DNA from: Felis catus
Lineage: Eukaryota
NCBI RefSeq assembly: GCF_018350175.1
Contig: NC_058373.1
Coordinates: forward strand, 100,752,001 to 100,816,000
Reading direction: 5' to 3'
Length of the DNA stretch: 64,000 bases
Below are positions 49,227-61,750 of the stretch, one piece after another. Under the pieces are notes generated by a model. The model worked only from the letters and a program-made list of their open reading frames with translations, searched no databases and was not told where the DNA came from. Numbering within the stretch: the stretch's first letter is position 1; each line of letters opens with the position of its first letter. The position numbers and the translations under genes are program-made.

Positions 49227-49737
49227 ATGGACAGCATTCTTGAACTTACTATTTGTGGATCAGAACTGTCAAAAGAGATGAAACCTATTGCCACTCCAGA
49301 GGCTTATGTTTAAGGACATAACAGTTGTTAATAAAACATCATTGGGTGAGGTGAGGTTTTTGGCTGGTCTTAGAGACAGAGTATTTTGAATTTATTTGGT
49401 AGCAAGACCCCCAGCAAGATCTTGGTAGAGTCTATCACAGAAATGCTTTTCAAGGGCATTATTTGAAGTATGATATAACATTGCTTTCTGTAAATATTTT
49501 GCAAGCTTTGCAAACATACAGGATAAATTTACCGAATCCTAGAATTTTTGTTTCTTGTTTTCTATTCACAGTCATTAAACATTCATTTGTTAAATGGTTA
49601 ACACATTCCATTACTCTACAGAATTTATATTTGTACCACAACAATGTTTCAGAGCAATTCAAGATTAAATTAATGTGACAGGTCCTATTTATCAATATGG
49701 CAGCCCAACTGTTGGAGGACAAAGGATGATTTACACC

Positions 49738-49740
<3 letters not shown>

Positions 49741-49782
<42 letters not shown>
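49741..49782. repeat. (GT)n microsatellite
   Basis: About 21 perfect GT units. Confidence 0.97.
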
Positions 49783-49784
<2 letters not shown>

Positions 49785-50864
49785 ATACACATCTTGCATA
49801 AACTTGTGGGCTCTGCTTTGGTATTTCTTTAAAACTGGAGGATTCCTGATAAAATAATCTTCTAAATACCTCAACATATGGTTTGAATCATCAAAAAGAA
49901 AAAAAAAAACACTTGTAAAAGCACATAGAGGCACCCAAAAACACGTACATCTTACAAGTCAACTCCCTTTGTAGTCAATGTAAACCATGAAAGACAGTTA
50001 TTTTGAGTCAAATTCCAACATATGTATATTTTCAAAGTATCTTGCTCACTTGAATTATGAGAGGTGCTTCAAGTAAAGACAACACGGGAAATTCACTATA
50101 CTTACACTATGTGCTTATAATTAGAATATTTTCTGGCCAAAGGTCAAAGCTATTTTGAATGCCTGTGTTGCTATGGATTTTGTTTGTCCTAAGAGTTTGT
50201 AAAAAGGAGTAAGAGGGGCCAATCATTTCATGTGCTTACATGTTCCTGTGACATGCAAGGAATTCCTGTGACATGTCCATGGAATTGGACATACTAATAT
50301 GAATAAATGATAATTAAATGCAAAATGCAGTCGACCAAGATGTTAGTACTTTCAATATTTTTTTGTGGTAAAAACATGAAACTACCCAATTTTAGACGTA
50401 GAGAGGCCTCAGAGGTCATCATCTAATCTCATTGTGCAGATATGCACACCCAGCAGCAGAGTGGGTGTGGGAGTTGTTTAAAGTCACCCAGTTAGTTAGA
50501 GCAGACTTGTTGGTAGAATCCATGTCTGAAGACTTGTAGTTCTATGTCTTTAGGCATTTACTTATTTTTGGTGTTGTTTTTTTTTTTAAACTTCACACTT
50601 GAAAGTTCTGTAGTCATTGGGAAGTTACTTCAGTGTTGACAGTGCTCCTCCCTGGGCTGGCAAGAAGAGCTAAGGGATGGTGAAGAAACTTGCATTCATG
50701 ATTTCTGTGGGGAGCTGACATACAGGGACACTGGGGGTGACTTTAAGAAGGTCAAAGCCAGGGAGGTTGGAGAACCCAGGTGACTTCTTTCTATGAACAT
50801 ATCACTGCTCGCTTGGAATTTAGTCATGGAATGGCCAAAATTTTTTTTTTGAAAAAAAAAAAAA

Positions 50865-51067
50865 TTTATTAATTTATTTTTGAGACAGAGAGAGACAGAC
50901 CATGAACAGGGAAGGGTCAGAGAGAGAGGGAGACACAGAATCTGAAACAGGCTCCAGGCTCTGAGCCATCAGCACAGAGCCTGATGCGGGGCTTGAACTC
51001 ACGAACCGCGAGATCATGACCTGAGCCGAAGTCGGACGCTTAACTGACTGAGCCACCCAGGCGCCCC
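50865..51067 (-). mobile_element. CanSINE inserted in the tail of the next SINE
   Basis: Full young body flanked by TGAAAAAAAA..TTT. Confidence 0.95.
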
Positions 51068-51077
51068 TGAAAAAAAA

Positions 51078-51288
51078 TTTTAAGGTTATTTTTGAGAGAG
51101 AGAGAGAGACAGAGACAGAATGTGAACAGGAGAGGGGCAGAGAGAGAGAGGGAGACACTGAATCCAAAGCAGGCTCCAGGCTCTGAGCTGTCAGCACAGA
51201 GCCCTACGCGGGGCTGGAACTCAAGAGCCATGAGATCACAACCTGAGCTGAAGTCGGACGCTTAACCGACTGAGCCACCCAGGCGCCG
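51078..51288 (-). mobile_element. CanSINE (host of the nested copy)
   Basis: Full body; outer TSD CATGGAATGGCCAA at 50825-50838 and 51289-51302. Confidence 0.95.
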
Positions 51289-51707
51289 CATGGAATGGCC
51301 AATCTTGTTCTGTTACCCGACATTGTCGATACATGTAATTTCCTTTTCCATGCATGTTGTCTTGTTTATGTGGCACAGCAGGGATGGCCACTGCAGAGCC
51401 GAAAGGCTGGTGTGGGGACAACTATGAGAACTTCCTTGACATCTTCAGCATCAGTTGATGAGCTCTGTGAGTCCGGAAGAGGGGTGGGTTGGGCAGATCC
51501 AGGAAGATATTATCTTGATGCTGTTATTGTGGTAATGTTTTTACATGCCTCTGTCCTCTTTGTTGACCTGGCAACCCCCTATTCGTCATTCAAGACTGAG
51601 CACTCATGCATGTGTCTTCTTTGAGTGTCCCCAAGACTACCTTTCCCCTTTCTCCCTCCTTTGTGTTCTGTGTTTCAGAGAGATATATTTGAAATGAGGT
51701 GGATGAT

Positions 51708-51941
51708 TTCTTTTCTTTTTTAAGTTTATTTATTTATTTTGAGAGAGAGACAGCATCAGCAGGGCAGGGGCAGAGAAAGAGAGGAAGAGAGAGAGAGAGA
51801 GAGAGAGAGAGAATCCCAAGCAGGCTCCACACTGCCAGCACAGAGCCAAACACAGAGCTTGAACCCACACAACGATGAGATCATGACCTGAGCTGAAACT
51901 GAGAGTCGGATGCTTAATCGACTGAGCCACCCAGGCTCCCC
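51708..51941 (-). mobile_element. CanSINE
   Basis: Full antisense body; ATGATTTCT repeated near both ends. Confidence 0.93.
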
Positions 51942-54084
51942 TGGGCTGCATGATTTCTGAGATCATTTCCACTATTTAACATTTCCTAGTCCTTTTGACT
52001 TTCAGGTCAGTACAGACACTGCAGCTAGAAATAGCTGCTTGGAATGTTTAGGAAGAGACTTGGTGAGTCAAGGCCTCTCAGTTTTCCTTGCCTTCCAGCA
52101 TGGAAAGAACATGGAAGAGACGTGATGTTCTTGCCTGCCTTGGGGAGATGCAAATGCTCTGAGAGCACAAGAGCTAGGAGTAGGAGATCATAAACGGCAG
52201 AAACTTCCGGCTAGAGTCTGAGACAGGGACTGAAGAACACCAGGCTGGTGCTCAAGGAACCATGTGGAACCAGATGCACCTCCAGGCACAAGATGAATCA
52301 CTCCACTTCATGGAGAAAATCCACAGCCCTGAGGTCCTTCCTCCCAGCCCCCCAACAAAGTTATGCAACTTCTGCCCAGACACAACCTTAAGAGAAGGAG
52401 AATGAAGAAAGACATCCTGAGAAAAAAACACTCAGCCCTGCTGCAGGGTTTGATCTTTGAATTAAATGAATATTTAACCTACTATCAATTGCATTAGACC
52501 AAAAGAGGCTGGGATAGCTTTAACTGACAAATATAAATTTTTTTTTCTTTTGCTATCATTGGACATGTGAATTTGAAGGCAAGATGAGATCTACTAGAGA
52601 TAATAAAGATCATTCCTTTTTAAAAGTATGTCTAAGCATCGGGTAAAGTTAACTTGTCCATCCATCCTCCTTCCCTATCACCATCAGCCCCAAATGATGT
52701 TTTAGAAAAAGATTTAGTGAGTAAAAATAGGATCAACAAGCCTAGATCTGCAGATTACATAAGGAGACAGTTTCACAAAGTCTTGGACATTGTCTTTGGG
52801 TGTCTTGAGTGTGTAGCCTGTCCTCTGCTCTAGCACTCATGGCTTGGGGACACCTTCCTGGTGCACTTGCCAGACTTGAGTCCCCAGAGGAGAGGGTCTT
52901 GCATGTCCCTTGAGCCTCTGCCTCTTCTACAAACACGCCATTAATTAGGGACACAGAAAATGTCCTTCCTTGGGGACGCTTTCATGCTCCTTGGTCCTTT
53001 GCAATATCATGGTGCCAGTCTTTATTATCTAACACTTGAAACCAAAATTCTCTTGGTTTCTATGTGCAGAAGAACATTTGATAAACCTTCAGGGTAAATA
53101 ATGAGAAGCGCAGGTTAGCTGTAGACAAGGCAACAAAAGAGATCGATGGGTGGTTCTGTACTTGAATAGGGCCATGGCTGAGCAGATGGGGCAAGGGGTA
53201 AAGGAGAAGGAGGAGCAGCTTGGACAGACAAAGAACTTTAAAGAACATTTTATGTTTGCAGACTGCCATACTCACAAAACCTTTTGTGAGTGTTTTTGGC
53301 TGTTTGTTTGGTGTAGAGATCATGAAAAGTGGCTGATATCCTTACCTGGATTGGAAGATGAGAAGATGATTCCCAACTGGAAGGAATTCTGCAGGTGACC
53401 TTGGGAACATAAGGAACCCAGGAACTCACAGAAATTTGGGGGATGGCACTGGCCTTTGCACAAATGATGGAATCGGGGTTTAAAGACAATCTTATCTAGA
53501 TTTTAGACCAGCATCTGGATTACATTAATTGAAAGTCTCGGCCAAACCTAATACCTCTCCCTTCTGTCTCTTCCCCAATCTCAGCGAGCTCTTATTTCGG
53601 AGGCATTTTAAGTTTTCATTCCTTAGGTGGAGCTGTTTTCTATTCTCTTCAGAAAACATGGAGGGAAGGAGGAGGGCCCTCATTCTCTATTTGGGTTTCT
53701 CATTTCCAGGGTGGAGCCACTGGCTGGTTCAAAGAAAGATACATGAGAAACAGAAAATTCTCCACACAGGTCCCTATCAAAATCACATTTTATTGATTTG
53801 GCAGTGCAGCTATTATGTGTGCAAATATTGAAAGAATCCTTTAACTGAGGGGCTGAGAGTTGTGATTTTAAATCTGGCCATCCTTTCCTCATTAAATATG
53901 CGTGTCTAGCGCACACCTTCGCCAACTGCTCAGTGCCTGGATCTCTGCAGAGTTGATTTTTGCTGCAACAAAATACAGTGGTTCCTGGGACTCTCCTAAG
54001 CCTCTGAAGCCAGTATGTTGCATTCCACAAAGCTCTCACTATGTTACATTGTATCCACTGTTCTTCAGTGACACTGTGCTACAA

Positions 54085-54420
54085 TAAGGACTTCTTTCAC
54101 TTACAAAACAAAAATCCAAAATTGAGATACCTTAGGAAAATGAGAAACTTCTTTTGACTCCAGAGTCCTGCTTTCAGGTGTGGCTGGACCCAAGAACTCA
54201 AACTGCACTGATTTTGAATTAGTTTGTTACATACTTAGAGCTGACCCGAAAATATACATTAAAAAAATCCATCCCAGTATTCTCTGCCTTTCTCTTCCAT
54301 TTGCTTATCTTCCTGTTTCTCCCACCATCTACCTATCTATCTACAATTGGTCTATTGCCTATGAATAGGTTTTTCTCTCTCTCTTCTGCTGGGTGGAATT
54401 ACTCAGGAGTCTGCTCACCA
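54085..54420 (-). mobile_element. LTR33-like ERVL LTR fragment
   Basis: GGACTTCTTTCACTTACAA..GCTTTCAGGTGTGGCTGGACCCAAGAACTCAAAC resembles LTR33. Confidence 0.5.
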
Positions 54421-55851
54421 ATCTGTAAATCAGACAGATGGCCCAACTGGTTTAGAGTCTGATATAAATTAAGCCCCACTAAAATGCATTAGATGCTGAT
54501 GCTGGTGCACCCAGGTGCTGGTAAAAAAAAAGTTTTCCTCCCAGGAGTTGTGCAACTGTAGCAAATAACCAAAGAAGGAGAAGATGAGACACACAGAGAG
54601 CATTTTATTAGTCAAATGCAGCTTTGTGCCTTCTGGCTTTGTAAATGAATTTCTCATGGCAGATAAAGAAAATCTGTCACTTAAGTAACCAAAGCAGATA
54701 GCACATGCCGAATCACTCATCCAGCTGGTCTGAAATCTGAGGCTTAGAGCCTGCCTGTTTTGGTTTGAATTTCCAAGAGATGCAAGTTTAAAATGTTAAA
54801 AATTTCATCTGGCTAACATTCCAGGGGAAGGCAGCCCCAAATGAAGCTTTCACTATAATCCTTTCCTTTTGATTTTTAATTGTAGCAGATATAATACGTG
54901 CAAATGTTTAAAAGCATGTATACACAATTTAAAATACACAGCAGTGTGTCCAACACCTAGATAAAGACATAGAATATTACCAATAACTTAGAAGCTTACT
55001 CTGTGTCCCTTGCCAAAAATCTCTCCCACTTTCTCCACCAAGAGGCAACCACTGTCTTCTTTGTGTTAATTCTTTTCTTGTTTTTTCTTGTTGTTGTTTT
55101 GGCGCCTATTTAAGCATCCCTATACAATATATCAATTTTGCCTGTATACGAGCTTTAAATAAGGTGAAATAATACTGATTTACACTGATGCAAGTAGGTG
55201 TAATTCAAGTAGGTGTAATTCCTTCATTTTTTCACTACTAGACAGAAGCCCATTGTCTGAATGTACAATATATTTATCTATTCTATTGTGACGGGCATTT
55301 GAGACAATGCTGCTGTGAGTACTCTTGTCTCCTGGTGCATACTTTCAACTGTTTCTTTTGGAGTTGCTGAGTTACAGAATGCATGTGTTCTCTTTTGCTA
55401 GGTAATGCCAGCCTATTCTCCCATAAAGTTGTTTGGTATTAACTAACGTAAAAATGTGTGCCAATCTGGTGTGTGTGGAATGATATTTTATTATAGTTTC
55501 AGTTTGCTTGTGCCTGAGTTTTAATGAGGTTGACATTTTTCTCTTTCTTTCTATCTACACATTTTCCTTCTTTGCTAAGGCTTATGAAGCACTTGGATTG
55601 CCTCTTCCTGTTCATGTATTTGACTTATTTTTCTATTGAGTTTTCTTGTAGGACTTTATGTAGTCAAGATACTAGCCTTTTGTCAGTTATATGTACCATC
55701 CGTGTCTTTTCCCAATATGTGGCTTATCTTTTCATCGTTTTTATGGTGGTTTGGGTTGAATAAAAAAATAATTTCATAGTAGTCAAATTTATCATTTTTT
55801 TTTTTTTGGTATCTTTATATACTTCATCTTTTTGTTTAAGAAATATTTCTT

Positions 55852-56037
55852 GGGGCACCCGGGTGGTTCAGTAGGCTAAGTGTCTGGCTCTTGATTTCAG
55901 CTCAGGTCATGATCTCACCATTTGGGGGACTGAGCCCTGCCTCTGGCTCCATGGTGAACGTGGAGCCTGCTTGGGATTGTCTCTCTCCCTTTCTGTCTGC
56001 CCCTTCCCTGCTCACACTGTCTCTCTCTCTCAAAAAA

Positions 56038-56069
<32 letters not shown>

Positions 56070-56098
56070 AAAAGAAAAGAAAAAGAAAAAGAAAAAAA
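55852..56098 (+). mobile_element. CanSINE with ~70-nt A-rich tail
   Basis: TSD AAGAAATATTTCT. Confidence 0.93.
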
Positions 56099-56552
56099 AG
56101 AAATATTTCTCTAACCTGAGGTCATAAAGGTTTCTCCTTATTATCTTTAAAAGTTTTATAGTTTTGCTAATCATATGTAAGACTTTAAACTACCTACAAC
56201 AGATATTAACCAAATCATTTTTTCCTATATGAATAGCCAATATAGTCCATCTTTTCTTCACAGATCTGCCATGCTTAAACATAAATTGAATTTCAATTAT
56301 TTTAATAATTCATTGGTCTACCTGGCTATCCTTGCACCAACATCCTTCTGTCTTAATTAGTATGGCTTTATATTGCCTTGCTATCTGATAACAAGACCAC
56401 ATACTTTGCTATCATCAGGAGGGCCTTAGTTTTTGTTTGCTGTTTATTTAGTCCTTTGTTCTTTCGTATACATTTTAAGAGAATTTAACTGACATTTCAT
56501 TGAGAATATGAATACATTTGGCAAACATTGAAATCTCTATTATGTGTGGTAT

Positions 56553-56689
56553 CTTTTTTTTTTTTAAGTAGGCTTCACACCCAAGGTGGAGCAGAGCCCA
56601 AAGAGGGACTTGAACTCCTGACCCTGAGATCAAGACTTGAGCTGAGATCAAGAGTTCAATGCTTAACGGACTGAGCCACCTGGTGCTCC
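56553..56689 (-). mobile_element. Short CanSINE
   Basis: TAAGTAGGCTTCAC..CTTGAACTCCTGACCCTGAGATCAAGAC..CTGAGCCACC. Confidence 0.88.
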
Positions 56690-56841
56690 TTTATTACGTA
56701 TATTTTATCTGTCCATTCATTTAATTCCTTGCAATGAGTTTTATCTATAAAAGAATATCTTTTGTTGGATATATCTCTACATAGTTAATATTTTGTGTTT
56801 TTGTAGCTATTATACATGGTAGCTTTCTAAAAGTTACATTT

Positions 56842-56842
<1 letters not shown>

Positions 56843-56893
<51 letters not shown>

Positions 56894-57097
56894 TCAACAT
56901 TTATTTATTTTTGAGAGACAAAGTGAGACAGAGCATAAGTGGGGAAGCGGCAGAGAGAGGAGGACACAGAATCTGAAGCAAGCTCCAGGCTCTGAGCTGT
57001 CAGCACAGAGCCCACATGGGGCTCGAACGCATGGACCGCAAAATCATGACCTGAGCCGAAGTCAGGTGCTGAACCAACTGAGCCACCCAGGCGCCCC
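56843..57097 (-). mobile_element. CanSINE with (TTTC)n tail
   Basis: TSD TTACATTTTCT. Confidence 0.95.
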
Positions 57098-58034
57098 TAA
57101 CATTTACATTTTCTAATTGATTATTGCAGTGTTTAAAAATGCAGTTGATTTTTTATATTGATCTCTAAAAATTTAGTTATCTTACCAAACTCTTTTAACA
57201 TTTCCAATAATTTATTTAATGTATACTGTAAAAATATTGTATAAGTAGCATAATATTAAATATATTTTATGTTCGACCATCTTTGATTTTTAATTGGACC
57301 GTTTAGTACATTTACATGTATTGTGATTATTGATCTATTTGGGCTTATTTCCAATCGTACCATGCTTTGTATTTGTATTACCTTTTCTGTTCTTTCATGC
57401 TCTCTTTTTCCTCTCTCTCTCTTTCTTTAGCCTCTTTTGCCTTGAGGCTTCTCCTCTGTCTCCTTTTCACTCCCTTCATACTTAACAATTGTAAAGTTGA
57501 TTAGCCTTACCCTCCTTCAAAATAAGGGCACATATTCTTAGAATTAACCATTTTGAATCAACTTTCTTACGTATATGATGAGTCCTTTCACTGTCTCTAT
57601 TTATATTTTCTATTATTTTTAGAAAGCAATATTTTTTCTTCTTTAGGGACGCCAATTATACATAGAGTAGATATTACTTGCTAATCTTCTATTTAACCAC
57701 TTTCTCTCTGATTATTTTTAGTTCTCTCTCTATGTCATTTTTATTATTTTTTGTTTTCCTATCTTTTTCTATTTGAAAATATTTTGCTTTGGATACCCTG
57801 TAATTTATTCTCCATTCCTGAGGGTTTTTTTTTCCTTTTTCTTCCACTTTTTTCTCACATTCAGTGAACTCTTGCTCCATTTATTTCTTTTTTTTTGTAC
57901 ATTTCTGTGCAAAGTTTTCAAATTTCTGGTAATAAGTATTTTTTAATTACAAATAAATGTTTGAGACTATTTAGTTCCATTTAGAGAGTTGTGTTATGAT
58001 TTTCTTCTGCCTTGTAGTTTTTTTGTGGAGAATT

Positions 58035-59390
58035 TTCATCAGGTGGAATGTTCCAATTTTCATGTCCTGTTTTCTTACTACACCAGCTTGAAGAGATTTG
58101 CTTTTATTTCTCCTGTTTACAGATATTTTGTAGAGAGTTCCTAGTACAAGAACACCTGTCAATATAGTGAAGTGTGAGTTTTTTAATGGACAGCATTGTG
58201 GGCTGTTGGCCTGCCTTGTGATTCTCTTTTATTTAGGCAGAGTCATTACCTTTCTTCTCTGTTTTTTCTTTCACTTCCACATCTCAGAAGGGTACTTCCT
58301 ATCTTTTTTCTTCCAGAAGTAATGCTTCTTCAAGACTGCCACCTCCATTTTAGCTGAATTTCCTATAACTAGTGCCATGGCCCAACACGTTCCGGATTTG
58401 TGTTTACTATTTCAGAGTTTAGTGTTGGACTTTCTTTTTGTGGGAGGGATTTTGTCTTTGTTCTATTGATGTCCTCTATTCATCTCTTCCTTTCCCCAGT
58501 GTATTAAGATTGCTTTCTACTACTCTCCACACCAATTGTCTTGCAGTGACAGCAGGAAATCTAATATTTGATTTGGAATTTAGTATTGCAAATTCCAAAA
58601 TAGTAATCCAAATAATTTTATTGGAATTTAGTACTTATTTTTATACTTGTGAGTTATTTGAAGTGTTCTCTGTGTCCTGGATCATGCGGGTTTATTTATT
58701 CTCCTTTTTGATCTCATGATTTTGGGGACAGTATGTGCCAAGATTTATGTTCAGGTAGCTGCCATTATTCTAATGTCAATCAGAATTACTGTGCATGCCT
58801 TAAGGTGAAAAGAGGCTCTCATACATATATCATAAACACCCATATAGAAAATTGGACGGAGTCAAATTTCAAAGGGGAAAAGAAATCAATGGCCAATAAG
58901 TATATGAAAAAGAGTCAATCTCACCAATAGCTAAACACAAATAAAAACAATATTATTTCCTCACTCTCACAATGAAAAAAGTTATTATTATTATTGTTAT
59001 TTTAAAGTTTTATTTATTTTTGAGACAGCAAGAACAAGTGGGGGAGGGGCAGAGAGAGAGAGAGGAGAAAAAGAATCCCAAGCAGGTTTTACAATGCCAG
59101 CAAACAGCCCTATGGAAAAAAGATAGGAAGTACCCTTCTGAGATGTGGAAGTGAAAGAAAAAACAGAGAAGAAAGGTAATGACTCTGCCTAAATAAAAGA
59201 GAATCACAAGGCAGGCCAACAGCCCACAATGCTGTCCATTAAAAAACTCACACTTCACTATATTGACAGATGTTCTTGTACTAGGAACTCTCTACAAAAT
59301 ATCTGTAAACAGGAGAAATAAAAGCAAATCTCTTCAAGCTGGTGTAGTAAGAAAACAGGACATGAAAATTGGAACATTCCACCTGATGAA
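58035..59390. repeat. 276-bp inverted repeat (arms 58035-58310 and 59115-59390, 804-bp spacer)
   Basis: Base-by-base reverse-complement comparison: 275/276 identical, no gaps. Confidence 0.97.
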
Positions 59391-59467
59391 CTCACGAACC
59401 ATGAGATCATGACCTGAGCTAAAACCAAGGGTCAGATGCTTAACTGACTGAGCCACCCAGGTGCCCC
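58999..59467 (-). mobile_element. CanSINE split by the 276-bp inverted copy
   Basis: Tail half 58999-59114 (..AGAATCCCAAGCAGG..CAGCCCTATG); head half 59388-59467 (GAACTCACGAACCATGAGATCATGACC..GGTGCCCC). Confidence 0.95.
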
Positions 59468-59488
59468 TTAAAAAATTATTTTTAAAGG

Positions 59489-59708
59489 CTTTTTTTTTAG
59501 TTTATGTATTTATTTTGAGGAAGAGTGCATGTGCACGTGTATAAACAGGGAAGGGGCAGAGAGAGAGAGGGAGAGAGAGAATCCCAAGCAGGCTCCATGG
59601 TATCAGTGCAGATCCTGATGCTGGGCTCAAACTCATGAATGGTAAGATCATGACCTGAGCTGAAATCAACAGTCCAACACTTAACCAACTGAGCCACCTA
59701 GGTACCCC
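59489..59708 (-). mobile_element. CanSINE
   Basis: Full antisense body. Confidence 0.93.
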
Positions 59709-59714
59709 GGAATG

Positions 59715-60335
59715 AAAAAATTATTGAAATAATAAGATCTACTTTTGATAAGGGAGCCAGGAAATTAACAATCTCACATACTGCTAATGGTAGTGTAAGT
59801 TGGCACAATCTTTTTAGAGCGCAGTTTTTCACACGTACAAAAAAAACTTTAAAAGGTACATATTCCTTTATCTAGTTACTTCACTTCCAGATAGTTTTGC
59901 AAAGGAAATAATTATTGAGCAACTAATGATATATGTAAGTTATTTACTGGGTAATATTTTTGATTTATAAAAATCTGTTATCAACCTAAATACTCGTCTA
60001 CAAAGCCTTGTCTAACCTTTGAAATGATGTGAATCTGTATTTGTTCTCATGAAAATAAATGTCTATGATTCTATTTTTAAGTAAAAAAGTGTAATTACAA
60101 AATGAAATTATGTACTAATTATGCAGTTAAGTAAATGTTTACAAATTCATACACAAATACAAACACATACATAAACAAACAAACAAAAGTCTGGAAGGAA
60201 ATACAACAAAATTGAACTGTGGCTATCTTGGCAGGGTGAGATTATGGGTTATTTTTATTTTCTTCTTCAAAATACTTTTCTAAATCATTTTCTTATTTAA
60301 AAACATTTGGCATGTATTACTTCTGCATCAAAAAA
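59715..60335 (+). mobile_element. Ancient L1 3' end (continuation of 58850-58975)
   Basis: TCACATACTGCTAATGGTAGTGTAAGTTGG..TCACTTCCAG..AAGTCTGGAAGGAAATACA. Confidence 0.7.
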
Positions 60336-61526
60336 AGCTTTTTAATTAAAAAGTTATGCTGAATATCTTGAGACCAGCACCAAATTATACTGATCCAACT
60401 CAAGAACAATTTCTGAGGCAAAGATATCTATATCCCATTTAACTTTGAAATTATCTTAAATGGATCCTTAAGGCAACTTCTTGACCCTAATAAATCCCAG
60501 AAGATTCTTGACACATTTAGGATTTAGGATTAATAGTATGTCTCCTTTTCTCTCCCCACTCCCATTTTTTTTATTATGTGAGCCAACTTGTTGACTACAA
60601 ATATTGTTGGAAAGTGGCTACAAGCATAGCAGTATAATTTATCAACACTAGTACTTTCTGGAATGTACCAGAAATAACATAACTCTCACTTGATAGTAAA
60701 AAAATACCTCCCCAAAGAAATGTTATCTGCTGTGACTGTTTACAAGCCTAGATCTCTTTTCTTCCAGTTTAAAAAATACAAGCCAGCTAATCAACATTAA
60801 CAAAAATAACTTAGTTTTACAACTAGCACATAGAAAAGTAGAGGGTGCTATTAAGCTTTCACAGTTCATTTCTAGATCCTGTCTTGTGGTTTCTTTCCTC
60901 TTCTATGGTGCACTAGGAGCCCCAGGTGGGAGTTGGGAGGCCACCTTCAGTCTAGCAGCTCTAAGGTGGTGTGAGACTTGGGACAAAGCATTGATTCTCT
61001 GGGCTTTTTTTTTTTTTTTAATGAAGCAATGTAGCAATAAAGAGTATAGGAGGTTGATGAGTGGATCTTTTAGATTTCCCCAAAACTCTAATATTCTGTA
61101 AGTCAATGAATTGCCTTTGCTTACCAATGTAAATTCTGTAATTCAGGCAGCTACACCTGTTTGATTTTGATTTTCTTTAATTCATCTTGATTTTGACTTA
61201 AGGCTGGTAATCATAAATCATTTTTAAATTACTTCTCATACATCCTCACTTATTAGAGTATCTTAAAGTTTTAAAATGTGCTTTCAAAATAGGTTTCAAA
61301 TTTGTTGTAGTATACCATTTTCATATTTGCAAAAGAGTGAAATGTTCCTTTGTGAAGTAGAAGCAACCATAGAATATGTTGATTTCTTGCTCTGATAGTT
61401 CTTGCCAAGGGATAGTGTGTGGGCACAGCCTAGTGTCTGTGTAATTTACCACTATGGGAAAGGGGGGGCAAGAAGCAGAAGGTAGATTTTATGGTGAGGC
61501 AGCATCTTTTTAAGAAATGTACCTCC

Positions 61527-61750
61527 AGTGGAGCCTGTGGCTCAGTCAGTTGAGCTCCTGACTTTAGCTCAGGTCATGATCTCCCTGCTGGTGAGTACCA
61601 GCCCCACGTGGGACTCGCTGCTGTAAGCACAGAGCCTGCTTCCTGTCCTCTGTCCCCATCTCTCTCTGCCCCTCCCCCACTCACACTCGCTCCTGCGCGT
61701 GAGCGCTCTCTCTCTCTCAAAAATGAATAAACATTAAGAAAAAAACCCAA
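61527..61750 (+). mobile_element. CanSINE (diverged)
   Basis: GTGGCTCAGTCAGTTGAGC..CTCAGGTCATGATCTC..AGAGCCTGCTT; TSD-like AAGAAAT. Confidence 0.88.

Larger units (their letters stand above)
54865..58720 (-). mobile_element. Ancient L1 (L1ME-type) fragments, heavily decayed, with SINEs nested inside
   Basis: T-rich antisense L1 text (CCAAGAGGCAACCACT, TTTGTCAGTTATATG, AATGCAGTTGATTTT); the distal part is less certain. Confidence 0.6.

Noticed and set aside
55891..56127. Poly-lysine ORF, and other ORFs with RERERE/LSLSLS/THTHTH runs
   Set aside because: Translations of SINE bodies, poly-A tails and microsatellites
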